A DNA stretch of 64,000 bases, counting the filler, from Stramenopiles sp. TOSAG23-6 (taxonomy: Eukaryota): the NCBI GenBank assembly GCA_900128565.1. It is 11 parts of 11 records of this genome, joined end to end, with 100 filler letters (N's around TTAATTAATTAA, not from the genome) between each part and the next. Parts side by side here need not be neighbours in the genome. Positions count along the whole stretch, not along the records: positions 1 to 6,809 come from LT636644.1; positions 6,910 to 13,715 come from LT636645.1; 9 more parts are not named here. One strand, given 5' to 3'. The translations under genes and the position numbers were made by a program. Positions 1 to 10,638 of the stretch are shown here, one piece after another. The notes under the pieces were generated by a model, which saw only the letters and a program-made list of their open reading frames with translations, was not told the origin of the DNA and did not search any database. Positions within the stretch are counted from its first letter, which is position 1; the number at the start of each line of letters is the position of its first letter.

Positions 1-60
1 AAATTTTGTACCTAACAAATTTTTTTAGATTTTTTTTTGAAATATTTTTCCAAAATACAT
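1..60 (+). mobile_element. Introner-like intron, 3' part (mirror of 6063-6171)
   Basis: GTACCTAAC ... CAAAATACAT|GGC AGT TAT. Confidence 0.8.
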
Positions 61-650
61 GGCAGTTATGCACTCATGTGGGGTACCGGGTTCGAACTTG
101 TAGATATGCTATTAACATGTAAATTTGCTGAAGGAGACTCTCGTATTTTGCAACAAAAACTAATGAGAGATCGACTCCTTGCTTTGAAAAAAGGCGGAAT
201 GTATGTTTTATTTTTTTTTTTACAAAAAAATCGATTTTTTTTTTCATACGAAATTTACAAAATACATGATGAGTATCATTTCTGAAACCATCAATGGCAA
301 TGGTGAAGAAGCCCGTTTAGCTGCAAAGTTAGGTAAAATGTTCAGTTCTGCTGGTCGAGATAAGAATAAATTATCTGACCTTATCAATACAAATTGGAAA
401 GATGTGTACAAGTACGTTGTTTTTTTTTTCCAATTTTTTTTTTCCAATTTTTTTTTACTACGAAATTTCGTACCTAACAAAAAATTCTACAAAAAAATTT
501 AAATATTTTTCACAATATATACTTTCTGAGTTAGTGGCTTCTAGACACATACGAGATGGCGAAAGAGGTGAATTCATTGAACCTTTAATTGAACGTTTAG
601 AACCTGCATCAACTCTGTTTGATGAAAATTGGAAAGATAAACTTGATTAA
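61..650 (+). CDS. Acyl-CoA oxidase/dehydrogenase family protein, 3' part (exons 61-200, 268-411, 521-650); left-arm copy
   Basis: GSYALM...CKFAEGDSRILQQK motif; frame restored by removing GT..AT introns. Confidence 0.75.
201..267 (+). mobile_element. Introner-like GT-AT intron (internally collapsed copy)
   Basis: AT|GTATGT...AATACAT|G gives KKGGMMSII; the branch-point segment missing here is present in the mirror copy 5856-5924. Confidence 0.7.
412..520 (+). mobile_element. Introner-like GT-AT intron, 109 nt (mirror copy 5603-5711, minus strand)
   Basis: AA|GTACGT...TACGAAATTTCGTACCTAAC...CACAATATAT|A gives DVYKLSELVA. Confidence 0.85.
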
Positions 651-768
651 AAAAATAAAAAAGTCATGTTTGAAATTTTTTTTTCATTTTTAAAAAAATC
701 AAATATTTTACATTTTTTTTTTTAAATCTTTTTGGAGGTTTTTAACAACTAAACTAGGGTTAGGGTTT

Positions 769-1535
769 TTATACTGTAGTTTCTACAAAAAATTGTACTT
801 GAGTGTGTAAAGAACGAAAATTTCTTATTGGTATTATTTTAGGCATACTCACAGATTGTGTACTATTTGATACAACTTTCAAAGATGAGGAACTATGTTG
901 AACAATTTTACTTGAAGGTGAAATCTCAACAGCGTCTGGAGTTGTAAGTATCCATATATTATGAAAAAATATTTTTTTTTGTACAATTTGTTAGGTACAA
1001 AATTTCGTATGAAAAAAAAATTTAGATAAAAAAATTGAAAAAAAAACATACACTGTTCGGTAGAAACATCTTGAATAGTCTTTTCTGCGTAAACAAATAT
1101 CTGAAAAGTACATCCTGATCTTGGTTTCCCTAGTGTTGTGTCAATCATTAATAGTCTAGTTAAAGCAGCTGTGAAACCAGAAGACAGAGGCACACAGTTT
1201 GAGGATTGAATACTTGGAATACCATTTACACTGTTTTGTAAAAGTTCATGCTTCAATTCAAACACGAAACGCTCTACTATGATACCATCTGCCGATACTA
1301 AGGCTATTGCAATTTGTTGCACTTTATTCGTATCAATCCAAGGATGAATTCGATTCAATACATTTTCTATATAGTCGTTTAACTGAGGATGGCGAGACAT
1401 CCATACGGCAATGCCGTAACTTCTACGACGCTCAAATAATGCTTTTGGATAAATCTCACGTACAAAAAGTATCTGATGCACTGCAACCTTGAGAAAATCA
1501 ACGAGATCATTCGTCTGAGAGTTTGATGACATCAT
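769..1535 (-). CDS. REV7: HORMA-domain protein REV7/MAD2L2 (intron 954-1051)
   Basis: FLKVAVHQILFVREIYP..LFERRR.YG..V.MSRHPQL..YI and ERFVFE motifs; the spliced exon 2 supplies the W-I-L motif. Confidence 0.9.
954..1051 (-). mobile_element. Introner-like GT-AT intron, 98 nt
   Basis: CAG T|GTATGT...CATAATATAT|GG ATA CTT gives Q-W-I-L. Confidence 0.85.
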
Positions 1536-1918
1536 TCATTTGTTCAACGAAAGCAGTGTTGTTGACATATCAGTATAATATGTGCTTGGAGATTTTTTTC
1601 TTTTATATTTTACTACTAGTAAAAAAAATAATGCAGCTGGTCCGGTCAAATTGATAGATTGACAGTGTGACCTTGGCTTGGTGCACCCAAGAAAAATTAT
1701 ATAATTTTGATGTTACCGGGTATTATATTATAGCCATCATTCATGAATCATGTGATCTATCGCGATTTCAGATTATACACACACACACGTACCTATTCTT
1801 TTTCATCCTTTTTTCAGTAAAATATAGCCTCCGTCTAGGTGGATTTTGTAGAAATACTTTTTGTCTCATTAGATACAGCTTAGTTGTGTTTCTATTACTT
1901 TTGTTCTAAGATAGTGTA

Positions 1919-2940
1919 ATGCAATCTGGAAATATTCCTTTTAGCAACATTCCACAAAATGTGTCTTTCGATGATGCCATTCAGGACTATCAACAAAGAG
2001 GCCAAACGAGTCAAGCTTTTTTTCTGTCAAATGTTCAACTCGTCTTGAAACAACACGGTAAGTAACATAATGAAAACGAAACGTACTTCCATATTTTGTA
2101 TTTTGCCTATTTCGTTTTGTACAGTTTGACTAATATTTTTACTTGTTTTATATTTTCGTACGCTACTGGTCATTTTTTAAACGTCATTCCTTTACTCAAT
2201 GGTTTCCAAATAGACCTTCAGCGTCTCTACCATGTTGTTGATTACCATAGTGGTTACGAAAATGTTGATAGGCAACGTTTGTGGATAGTTGTTACTCGTG
2301 ATATGAACTATCCTCCTAATTTCGCAAGCTTCTTACGATATACGTACCAACGCTGTTTATTTTTATTTGAAAGAAGCCAAATGAGAGTAGACCCAGTTCG
2401 TTACCCGGGTCTACCAATGATGCAAAGTTCTCCTAACCCAAATATTGAGTACGATAGTGTATCAATTGGGAATGGTGTAGCAACAAATACAAACCTGTCT
2501 AATATGTGTCGCGTAATAGGAGAAGATGGCAGCACTAATTCCGCTCATCCAGATGACATCAAAGCACAAAATGATTCAGAGATTAAAGGCTTAAAAACTT
2601 TGTTACAAAACTCACAAAATCTACAACGTATACAAACAGAAACATTTCAAAATGTAGAGACTTTGAAAAATTATAATGAAAAGTTGAGCTCAACTTTGGA
2701 ATCATCGGAAAAAATACCAAATACAATTAAAGTCAGGCAGCAACCCAACCCTAACCCTAAAGTCGGGCAGCAACCTAACCCTAACCCTAAAGTCGGGCAG
2801 CCACCAGAAGTGCAACATACATCTAAAATACAACAATTACCTCTTGTAAAAAGTGCTATAAAAGATTCAATAGGAACTCTATCAACAAAAATCATTCCCT
2901 CTGGCGAATGTCTGTTGAAAATTAAAATACCGGACAAACT
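1919..2940 (+). CDS. ARID/BRIGHT DNA-binding domain protein, 5' part (intron from 2058 to ~2168; truncated at palindrome centre)
   Basis: FLSNVQLVLKQH-G-HFLNVIPLLNGFQIDLQRLYHVV...GYENV...W matches the ARID pattern. Confidence 0.75.
2730..2800 (+). repeat. 30-nt coding tandem repeat (VGQQPNPNPK) containing CCCTAA units
   Basis: About 2.5 direct copies visible. Confidence 0.8.
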
Positions 2941-3007
2941 GTAGGTTTTATTTTTTTTTAATTTTTTTATTTTTTTTTGTTTCTTACGAAATTCTATACT
3001 TAAAAAA

Positions 3008-3040
<33 letters not shown>

Positions 3041-3041
3041 C
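2941..3041 (+). mobile_element. Introner-like intron, 5' part, running into the palindrome centre
   Basis: CT|GTAGGTTTTATTTT...TACGAAATTCTATAC. Confidence 0.65.
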
Positions 3042-3042
3042 G

Positions 3043-3075
<33 letters not shown>

Positions 3076-3142
3076 TTTTTTAAGTATAGAATTTCGTAAG
3101 AAACAAAAAAAAATAAAAAAATTAAAAAAAAATAAAACCTAC

Positions 3143-4164
3143 AGTTTGTCCGGTATTTTAATTTTCAACAGACATTCGCCAGAGGGAATGATTTTTGTTG
3201 ATAGAGTTCCTATTGAATCTTTTATAGCACTTTTTACAAGAGGTAATTGTTGTATTTTAGATGTATGTTGCACTTCTGGTGGCTGCCCGACTTTAGGGTT
3301 AGGGTTAGGTTGCTGCCCGACTTTAGGGTTAGGGTTGGGTTGCTGCCTGACTTTAATTGTATTTGGTATTTTTTCCGATGATTCCAAAGTTGAGCTCAAC
3401 TTTTCATTATAATTTTTCAAAGTCTCTACATTTTGAAATGTTTCTGTTTGTATACGTTGTAGATTTTGTGAGTTTTGTAACAAAGTTTTTAAGCCTTTAA
3501 TCTCTGAATCATTTTGTGCTTTGATGTCATCTGGATGAGCGGAATTAGTGCTGCCATCTTCTCCTATTACGCGACACATATTAGACAGGTTTGTATTTGT
3601 TGCTACACCATTCCCAATTGATACACTATCGTACTCAATATTTGGGTTAGGAGAACTTTGCATCATTGGTAGACCCGGGTAACGAACTGGGTCTACTCTC
3701 ATTTGGCTTCTTTCAAATAAAAATAAACAGCGTTGGTACGTATATCGTAAGAAGCTTGCGAAATTAGGAGGATAGTTCATATCACGAGTAACAACTATCC
3801 ACAAACGTTGCCTATCAACATTTTCGTAACCACTATGGTAATCAACAACATGGTAGAGACGCTGAAGGTCTATTTGGAAACCATTGAGTAAAGGAATGAC
3901 GTTTAAAAAATGACCAGTAGCGTACGAAAATATAAAACAAGTAAAAATATTAGTCAAACTGTACAAAACGAAATAGGCAAAATACAAAATATGGAAGTAC
4001 GTTTCGTTTTCATTATGTTACTTACCGTGTTGTTTCAAGACGAGTTGAACATTTGACAGAAAAAAAGCTTGACTCGTTTGGCCTCTTTGTTGATAGTCCT
4101 GAATGGCATCATCGAAAGACACATTTTGTGGAATGTTGCTAAAAGGAATATTTCCAGATTGCAT
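3143..4164 (-). CDS. ARID domain protein, mirror copy
   Basis: Reverse complement of 1919-2940. Confidence 0.7.
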
Positions 4165-4547
4165 TACACTATCTTAGAACAAAAGTAATAGAAACACAAC
4201 TAAGCTGTATCTAATGAGACAAAAAGTATTTCTACAAAATCCACCTAGACGGAGGCTATATTTTACTGAAAAAAGGATGAAAAAGAATAGGTACGTGTGT
4301 GTGTGTATAATCTGAAATCGCGATAGATCACATGATTCATGAATGATGGCTATAATATAATACCCGGTAACATCAAAATTATATAATTTTTCTTGGGTGC
4401 ACCAAGCCAAGGTCACACTGTCAATCTATCAATTTGACCGGACCAGCTGCATTATTTTTTTTACTAGTAGTAAAATATAAAAGAAAAAAATCTCCAAGCA
4501 CATATTATACTGATATGTCAACAACACTGCTTTCGTTGAACAAATGA

Positions 4548-5354
4548 ATGATGTCATCAAACTCTCAGACGAATGATCTCGTTGATTTTCTCAAGGTTGC
4601 AGTGCATCAGATACTTTTTGTACGTGAGATTTATCCAAAAGCATTATTTGAGCGTCGTAGAAGTTACGGCATTGCCGTATGGATGTCTCGCCATCCTCAG
4701 TTAAACGACTATATAGAAAATGTATTGAATCGAATTCATCCTTGGATTGATACGAATAAAGTGCAACAAATTGCAATAGCCTTAGTATCGGCAGATGGTA
4801 TCATAGTAGAGCGTTTCGTGTTTGAATTGAAGCATGAACTTTTACAAAACAGTGTAAATGGTATTCCAAGTATTCAATCCTCAAACTGTGTGCCTCTGTC
4901 TTCTGGTTTCACAGCTGCTTTAACTAGACTATTAATGATTGACACAACACTAGGGAAACCAAGATCAGGATGTACTTTTCAGATATTTGTTTACGCAGAA
5001 AAGACTATTCAAGATGTTTCTACCGAACAGTGTATGTTTTTTTTTCAATTTTTTTATCTAAATTTTTTTTTCATACGAAATTTTGTACCTAACAAATTGT
5101 ACAAAAAAAAATATACGAAATTTTGTACCTAACAAATTGTACAAAAAAAAATATTTTTTCATAATATATGGATACTTACAACTCCAGACGCTGTTGAGAT
5201 TTCACCTTCAAGTAAAATTGTTCAACATAGTTCCTCATCTTTGAAAGTTGTATCAAATAGTACACAATCTGTGAGTATGCCTAAAATAATACCAATAAGA
5301 AATTTTCGTTCTTTACACACTCAAGTACAATTTTTTGTAGAAACTACAGTATAA
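4548..5354 (+). CDS. REV7: REV7/MAD2L2, mirror copy (intron 5032-5169 with a 40-nt internal duplication)
   Basis: Same protein as 769-1535. Confidence 0.88.
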
Positions 5355-5472
5355 AAACCCTAACCCTAGTTTAGTTGTTAAAAACCTCCAAAAAGATTTA
5401 AAAAAAAAAATGTAAAATATTTGATTTTTTTAAAAATGAAAAAAAAATTTCAAACATGACTTTTTTATTTTT

Positions 5473-6809
5473 TTAATCAAGTTTATCTTTCCAATTTTCA
5501 TCAAACAGAGTTGATGCAGGTTCTAAACGTTCAATTAAAGGTTCAATGAATTCACCTCTTTCGCCATCTCGTATGTGTCTAGAAGCCACTAACTCAGAAA
5601 GTATATATTGTGAAAAATATTTAAATTTTTTTGTAGAATTTTTTGTTAGGTACGAAATTTCGTAGTAAAAAAAAATTGGAAAAAAAAAATTGGAAAAAAA
5701 AAACAACGTACTTGTACACATCTTTCCAATTTGTATTGATAAGGTCAGATAATTTATTCTTATCTCGACCAGCAGAACTGAACATTTTACCTAACTTTGC
5801 AGCTAAACGGGCTTCTTCACCATTGCCATTGATGGTTTCAGAAATGATACTCATCATGTATTTTGTAAAAATATTTAAAAAAAAAAACTAAAATTTGTTA
5901 GGTACAAAATTTCGTATGAAAAAATCCGCCTTTTTTCAAAGCAAGGAGTCGATCTCTCATTAGTTTTTGTTGCAAAATACGAGAGTCTCCTTCAGCAAAT
6001 TTACATGTTAATAGCATATCTACAAGTTCGAACCCGGTACCCCACATGAGTGCATAACTGCCATGTATTTTGGAAAAATATTTCAAAAAAAAATCTAAAA
6101 AAATTTGTTAGGTACAAAATTTCCTATAAAAAAAAATTTCGATTTTTTTGTAAAAAAAAAATAAAACATCCAACTTCCTGTCTTAATTTATGAACTCTTT
6201 GTGTAGCAACATCAATACATCGAATTTTACACACAGCGATAGCTTCAACTAAATCATCATCTGGTATTTCTCCATTGGATAGGCATTTATTTAATCGTTT
6301 TTCCACACCTGCGGTAAACGCCAACATATCATCAATTTCTTTATACGATTCATCCAAAACTCCTCGAAGTTGTGGCATTGAAGCGAGTGAAGTTTCACCA
6401 GCCAAACCGTTACATACCTTTGATAAAGCATACTCTTCTGTCTTCATATGCAATACACGAGCACTTACCAATGCAGCTTCAGCAATTGCTTGGCGACCTG
6501 TCAATAATCGTTGTCCAATGACCTCGATTCTCATTGGTTCATCTCCAACCTGAACATATTTGTTATCTTTAATATCACAAAATTTATTTAATAGTGCATC
6601 TTTGGGTAATTTTACATTATCAAACCACACACGAGAATTATCGAGATCATTGGCAATCGTTTTCGGTCCCATGTCAGAGATTTTGATACCAGGTTCAAGA
6701 GACCCATTATCGCTACGAAGACGCATAAAAAATGCATGAGGCCCATGTGAAACACCATCTACTTTAAGTTTTGCAATTACAACACCTAATTCAGCTGTAT
6801 AGCCCTGAT
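5473..6809 (-). CDS. Acyl-CoA oxidase/dehydrogenase family protein, 5'-truncated, three family introns
   Basis: DMGPKTIANDLDNSRVWFDNVKLP, GQRLLTGR and RQEVG-SYALM motifs. Confidence 0.8.
6063..6171 (-). mobile_element. Introner-like intron with GG donor and AT acceptor, 109 nt
   Basis: GTT|GGATGT...CAAAATACAT|GGC gives RQEVGSYALM. Confidence 0.75.
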
Positions 6810-6909
6810 NNNNNNNNNNNNNNNNNNNNNNNNNNNNNNNNNNNNNNNNNNNNTTAATTAATTAANNNNNNNNNNNNNNNNNNNNNNNNNNNNNNNNNNN
6901 NNNNNNNNN
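6810..6909. other. Artificial contig spacer N-TTAATTAATTAA-N (also ~13716, 20588, 27457, 34323, 41189, 48053, 54914, 61769, 62888)
   Basis: Identical all-frame-stop 12-mer between N runs at each contig join. Confidence 0.98.
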
Positions 6910-7290
6910 CTGCCCTCTTTGTTGCTGGTTGTGACAATGGCATTGTCTTGGCTTCGAGGCGTATTGCTGTGTGAGAGTGATAGTGTTGAGGAATATTCGA
7001 ATGTTAATCATGATACTTGGGAAGCATCAGAAGAAGAAAACCCAAAGAGAGACTGTGATGAACCACGTATGCCAAGTATGAAACGAGCTGAATTCATTTG
7101 TGCTGAGCGAAGACGTTCGAAGGCTGAACAAAGCCGTATAAGGAGAATTCAAGAGTTAGAATCTGAGCGCGATGAAGCACTAAGAATACAGCAGCTAGCT
7201 GCAAAAAAAAGTGGTCGTACTGAGAGATATCAAGATAGTTGGCGAAGACCATCTCCAATAAAAGCATCTTCTAGAAAACAGCAAAGCTAA
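6910..7290 (+). CDS. Hypothetical protein, 3' part (coiled coil)
   Basis: Open frame from the contig edge; no recognised motif. Confidence 0.45.
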   Translation: MPSLLLVVTMALSWLRGVLLCESDSVEEYSNVNHDTWEASEEENPKRDCDEPRMPSMKRAEFICAERRRSKAEQSRIRRIQELESERDEALRIQQLAAKKSGRTERYQDSWRRPSPIKASSRKQQS

Positions 7291-7552
7291 ATAGTGTTTA
7301 GTCTATGCATGAAGTTACCCCAATTATTAGTATTAGATTGGGCGATATTAATCGTAGGTAGTCTATTATAAATAAAGACGTTTTTCCTTTATTCTCAAAA
7401 ATTAATGTTCCCCTGCATAAAACACGAAATAATTATAAAAGTTTGTGTGCCACGTGTGGCCATTTTCTTTATGCATTGACTTCTTCTCTTTGCGAGAAGA
7501 ACACATATGACTGTAGCTCTGTAGCGAGTCTTCGGTTTATCTTTATTGAATC

Positions 7553-9097
7553 ATGATTCGTAGTGTTACATGCCGAGTAAATACTCACATTTCGCGGGTT
7601 TCATTGTACCCACGATCAATAGCACAAAATGTAAGGCCAGTTGCTACTGCAACATTACCTCTACAACAGGCAGCTAACGACAAAGACGCTGCAACGGGTA
7701 GTGCTGCAGATCCCGTTCTGCGAAGTGTGTTTGGAGGTTTAAAGGATCAAGATCGAATATTTAGGAATTTGTATGGTGAACATGATTGGAGGTTAAAGGA
7801 AGCTAAAAAACGCGGTCAATGGTATCGCACGAAAGATATTCTTTGTATGGGTCCAGACGCCATCGTTGATGAAGTTAAGGCTTCTGGATTACGTGGTCGT
7901 GGAGGTGCGGGTTTCCCTTCAGGTCTCAAGTGGTCCTTTATGCCGAAAAAGTGTGATGGTAGACCATCATTCTTAGTTGTAAATGCAGATGAGAGTGAAC
8001 CTGGTACGTGTAAAGATCGCGAGATCATGCGTAAGGACCCTCACACTCTTATTGAGGGTTGTCTTGTTGCTGGTTATGCTATGCGTGCTCGAGCTGCCTA
8101 CATCTACATTCGAGGTGAATTTTTTAATGAAGCTATGATTTTGGAAGAAGCAATTCATGAAGCGTATGAAGCAGGGTATATTGGTCGTAATGCTTGTAAT
8201 TCTGGGTATGATTTTGATGTGTATCTTCATCGTGGAGCTGGTGCTTATATTTGTGGCGAAGAGACAGGTTTAATTGAAAGTCTTGAGGGTAAGCAAGGAA
8301 AGCCACGTATCAAGCCTCCATTCCCAGCAAACATAGGATTATATGGATGTCCATCCACCGTAACAAATGTGGAGACTGTTGCAGTTTCTCCGGATATTAT
8401 TCGTCGTGGTTCAGGTTGGTTTAACAGTATGGGTAGACCGAATAACCACGGACAAAAGTTATTTGCAATTTCAGGACACGTCAACAATCCTATTGTTGTT
8501 GAGGAAGAAATGAGTATTTCATTAAAGGAACTCATTGATCGTCATTGTGGTGGTGTTAGAGGGGGATGGGATAATCTTCTAGCATGTATTCCTGGTGGTT
8601 CCTCTGTACCTGTGATTCCATATGATGTCTGTGATGAAGTACTTATGGATTTTGATTCTTTAAAAGATGCCAAGTCAGGCCTTGGCACAGCTGCTGTCAC
8701 TATATTTGATAAGAGTACTGACATGATTGCTTGTATTCGTCGTCTTTCACACTTTTATGCTCATGAAAGTTGTGGTCAGTGTACACCTTGCCGAGAAGGA
8801 ACAGCTTGGCTTGAGGAAATTATGACCCGTGTTGAGGTTGGGGAAGCTGATAAGAGAGAAATTCCCATGCTTGACGAACTTAGTCGACAAATTGAAGGAC
8901 ATACAATATGTGCACTTGGTGATGCTGCTGCATGGCCAGTACAAGGTCTCATTCGTCATTTTTCACATGTGATGGAAGATCGTATTGATAACAAAGATAG
9001 GTATGATGAACAGGATTGGTTTCAAAGTGCATGGAGTGGTCAGGTCACTGACGCTAATGCTTCATGGGTAAAAGAAATGCAACAGAAATGGGGATAA
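7553..9097 (+). CDS. NDUFV1: NADH:ubiquinone oxidoreductase 51 kDa flavoprotein subunit, mitochondrial
   Basis: [56 protein letters not shown]-terminal presequence; intronless. Confidence 0.98.
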   Translation: MIRSVTCRVNTHISRVSLYPRSIAQNVRPVATATLPLQQAANDKDAATGSAADPVLRSVFGGLKDQDRIFRNLYGEHDWRLKEAKKRGQWYRTKDILCMGPDAIVDEVKASGLRGRGGAGFPSGLKWSFMPKKCDGRPSFLVVNADESEPGTCKDREIMRKDPHTLIEGCLVAGYAMRARAAYIYIRGEFFNEAMILEEAIHEAYEAGYIGRNACNSGYDFDVYLHRGAGAYICGEETGLIESLEGKQGKPRIKPPFPANIGLYGCPSTVTNVETVAVSPDIIRRGSGWFNSMGRPNNHGQKLFAISGHVNNPIVVEEEMSISLKELIDRHCGGVRGGWDNLLACIPGGSSVPVIPYDVCDEVLMDFDSLKDAKSGLGTAAVTIFDKSTDMIACIRRLSHFYAHESCGQCTPCREGTAWLEEIMTRVEVGEADKREIPMLDELSRQIEGHTICALGDAAAWPVQGLIRHFSHVMEDRIDNKDRYDEQDWFQSAWSGQVTDANASWVKEMQQKWG

Positions 9098-9189
9098 AAT
9101 GTTTTTTTGTCATGTGTATTTTGATAGATATATTTTCATTACACTGTCAAAAATTTAATAATAGGTTTTCAGGTTTAATTTATTGACTA

Positions 9190-10197
9190 TTAAAAGTGTT
9201 TTGTCTCGTAGTAACCTTGGTTTGATTTTTTTGTTTTGCTCTTTTTATTCGCTTTTCGTGCAGGAATTAATTGACGAATCATAATCACATTATCTCCACG
9301 TACAAGCAATGTTTTGATGAAGCGTTTTGCTTGACGGGTTTCCATTTCTATGTCTTGATGATTATCTTTTTCTCTATTTTGCCAATATGAAAGTGCATTC
9401 ATTATATCTGCTTCACTTTCCACACTGCCGAAATCACCACGTAATATGTGCGTACTATTATTTTCTGTATGTTCAAGTTGATTACTACTGCTATCTACAT
9501 TACTATATATTGTTATACTATTCTCACTTTCAAAACGTGTTTCAGAACCATGGTCAATATTTTGGTGCGCAGGTTTCTTTTTAGTTTTCAAAAATACTGT
9601 AAACACTTCAGTCACATCAGTCAAAATCATATTCAAGTGCTTATCAAAAGCTTTGACTCGGGCGGTACAAGTACCGCGGACACCCCCTGCTCGTCGCATT
9701 GTTACGATTACTTTCGTATTTGAATGAAGACATTTATATAATAACGAATGTGGTCCTTCTTTTAAGTGCTCTGCAATTTTCATGTGTGGTAATTTTTCCT
9801 TTATACTTTTTTTCTTTTGTGCTTGTTTCGACTCCATAGAGGATGCATTCGTAGCTTTTTGACCAGGAAGAAGAGTACTTCGCATAGGAGCATACTCTAC
9901 ATCCGAAGCTGGCAATAGACAGCGACACTTTCTTAAATTATCTAATGGTCGTACACGTTGGTTAGGTGGAAGTAATCCAGGTTGAGCTAAGGCTTTTGCA
10001 GGATTGAATAAGGCCGAACAAAAGTCTACTTCCGCTAATTCCCGCTGCCGAATTGCTTCTGAGTATTTCTTTTGGAGAAACAAGAATAGAGTATCTTCTC
10101 GACCTTTATACTTTTCTAGTACAATACCAATTGTGCTTAATTTTTGAGGTGCATATATAGCGAAAAAATCACGAAGCTTTGACTCGTTTGTCGTCAT
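9190..10197 (-). CDS. LSM11: U7 snRNP-type Sm-like protein LSm11
   Basis: FNPAKAL..PLDNL N-terminal motif, GPHSLL, Sm1 (AFDKHLNMILTDVTE) and Sm2 (LLVRGDNVIMI) separated by a long insert. Confidence 0.8.
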   Translation of the reverse strand: MTTNESKLRDFFAIYAPQKLSTIGIVLEKYKGREDTLFLFLQKKYSEAIRQRELAEVDFCSALFNPAKALAQPGLLPPNQRVRPLDNLRKCRCLLPASDVEYAPMRSTLLPGQKATNASSMESKQAQKKKSIKEKLPHMKIAEHLKEGPHSLLYKCLHSNTKVIVTMRRAGGVRGTCTARVKAFDKHLNMILTDVTEVFTVFLKTKKKPAHQNIDHGSETRFESENSITIYSNVDSSSNQLEHTENNSTHILRGDFGSVESEADIMNALSYWQNREKDNHQDIEMETRQAKRFIKTLLVRGDNVIMIRQLIPARKANKKSKTKKSNQGYYETKHF

Positions 10198-10638
10198 TGC
10201 ATATTTTCATATTATAATTGTCATATTTAGTGAACAAACTGTTTTGGCCGTCAATTCACAACGAACTAGTCAACTGACTGGAGTTGACATCAGATGACGT
10301 CATCATCATGAGTCCAATTTTTTTTCTGACCAGTTCCTTTATTATATATTTTTTTTTAGTACACAGTGCACTACACAAAAACAATAATCATGGTTAAAAA
10401 GAGATATGGCAAATAATGAACTCATGCATTGGCTACTTCGGAATAATGCATGTAGTGTGCAACGGATACACCATTCATTATCAAAACAACGAATGTCGCC
10501 ACTTTGACCAAAGGATTATATTTTCTCCAAATACTTGTAATAAATCAAAAATACCCAATATAATGTATATAATAACTAAAACACAAAACAAATGAAATTT
10601 TTTTATATTGTAAATCCTACATACCTTAAATAATGACT

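Larger units (their letters stand above)
1..6122. repeat. Giant inverted duplication (palindrome) centred at 3041/3042
   Basis: Mirror ORF pairs 879-1535/4548-5132, 2096-2944/3139-3987, 402-650/5473-5721 and 37-285/5898-6086; centre is polyT-CG-polyA; arms differ only in and next to repeated introns. Confidence 0.97.

Noticed and set aside
199-265. Reading the repeat introns as U12-type AT-AC introns
   Set aside because: No ATATCCTT donor or TCCTTAAC branch site. In the shifted register the 5' dinucleotide varies (AT, AA, GT, TG, TT, CT) and gives worse residues (RPDVA, QEDG), whereas GT is nearly invariant in the GT..AT register.
37-502. Short Phe/Lys-rich ORF segments such as MKYFSKIH and FFVRNFVPN recurring in the ORF track
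   Set aside because: They are translations of the intron repeat, not a protein family.
2745-2790. CCCTAA repeats as a telomere
   Set aside because: Only a few units, inside a coding PNPNPK repeat.
6810-6909. TTAATTAATTAA repeated about every 6.9 kb
   Set aside because: Always embedded in N runs; an artificial contig spacer, so synteny across it means nothing.
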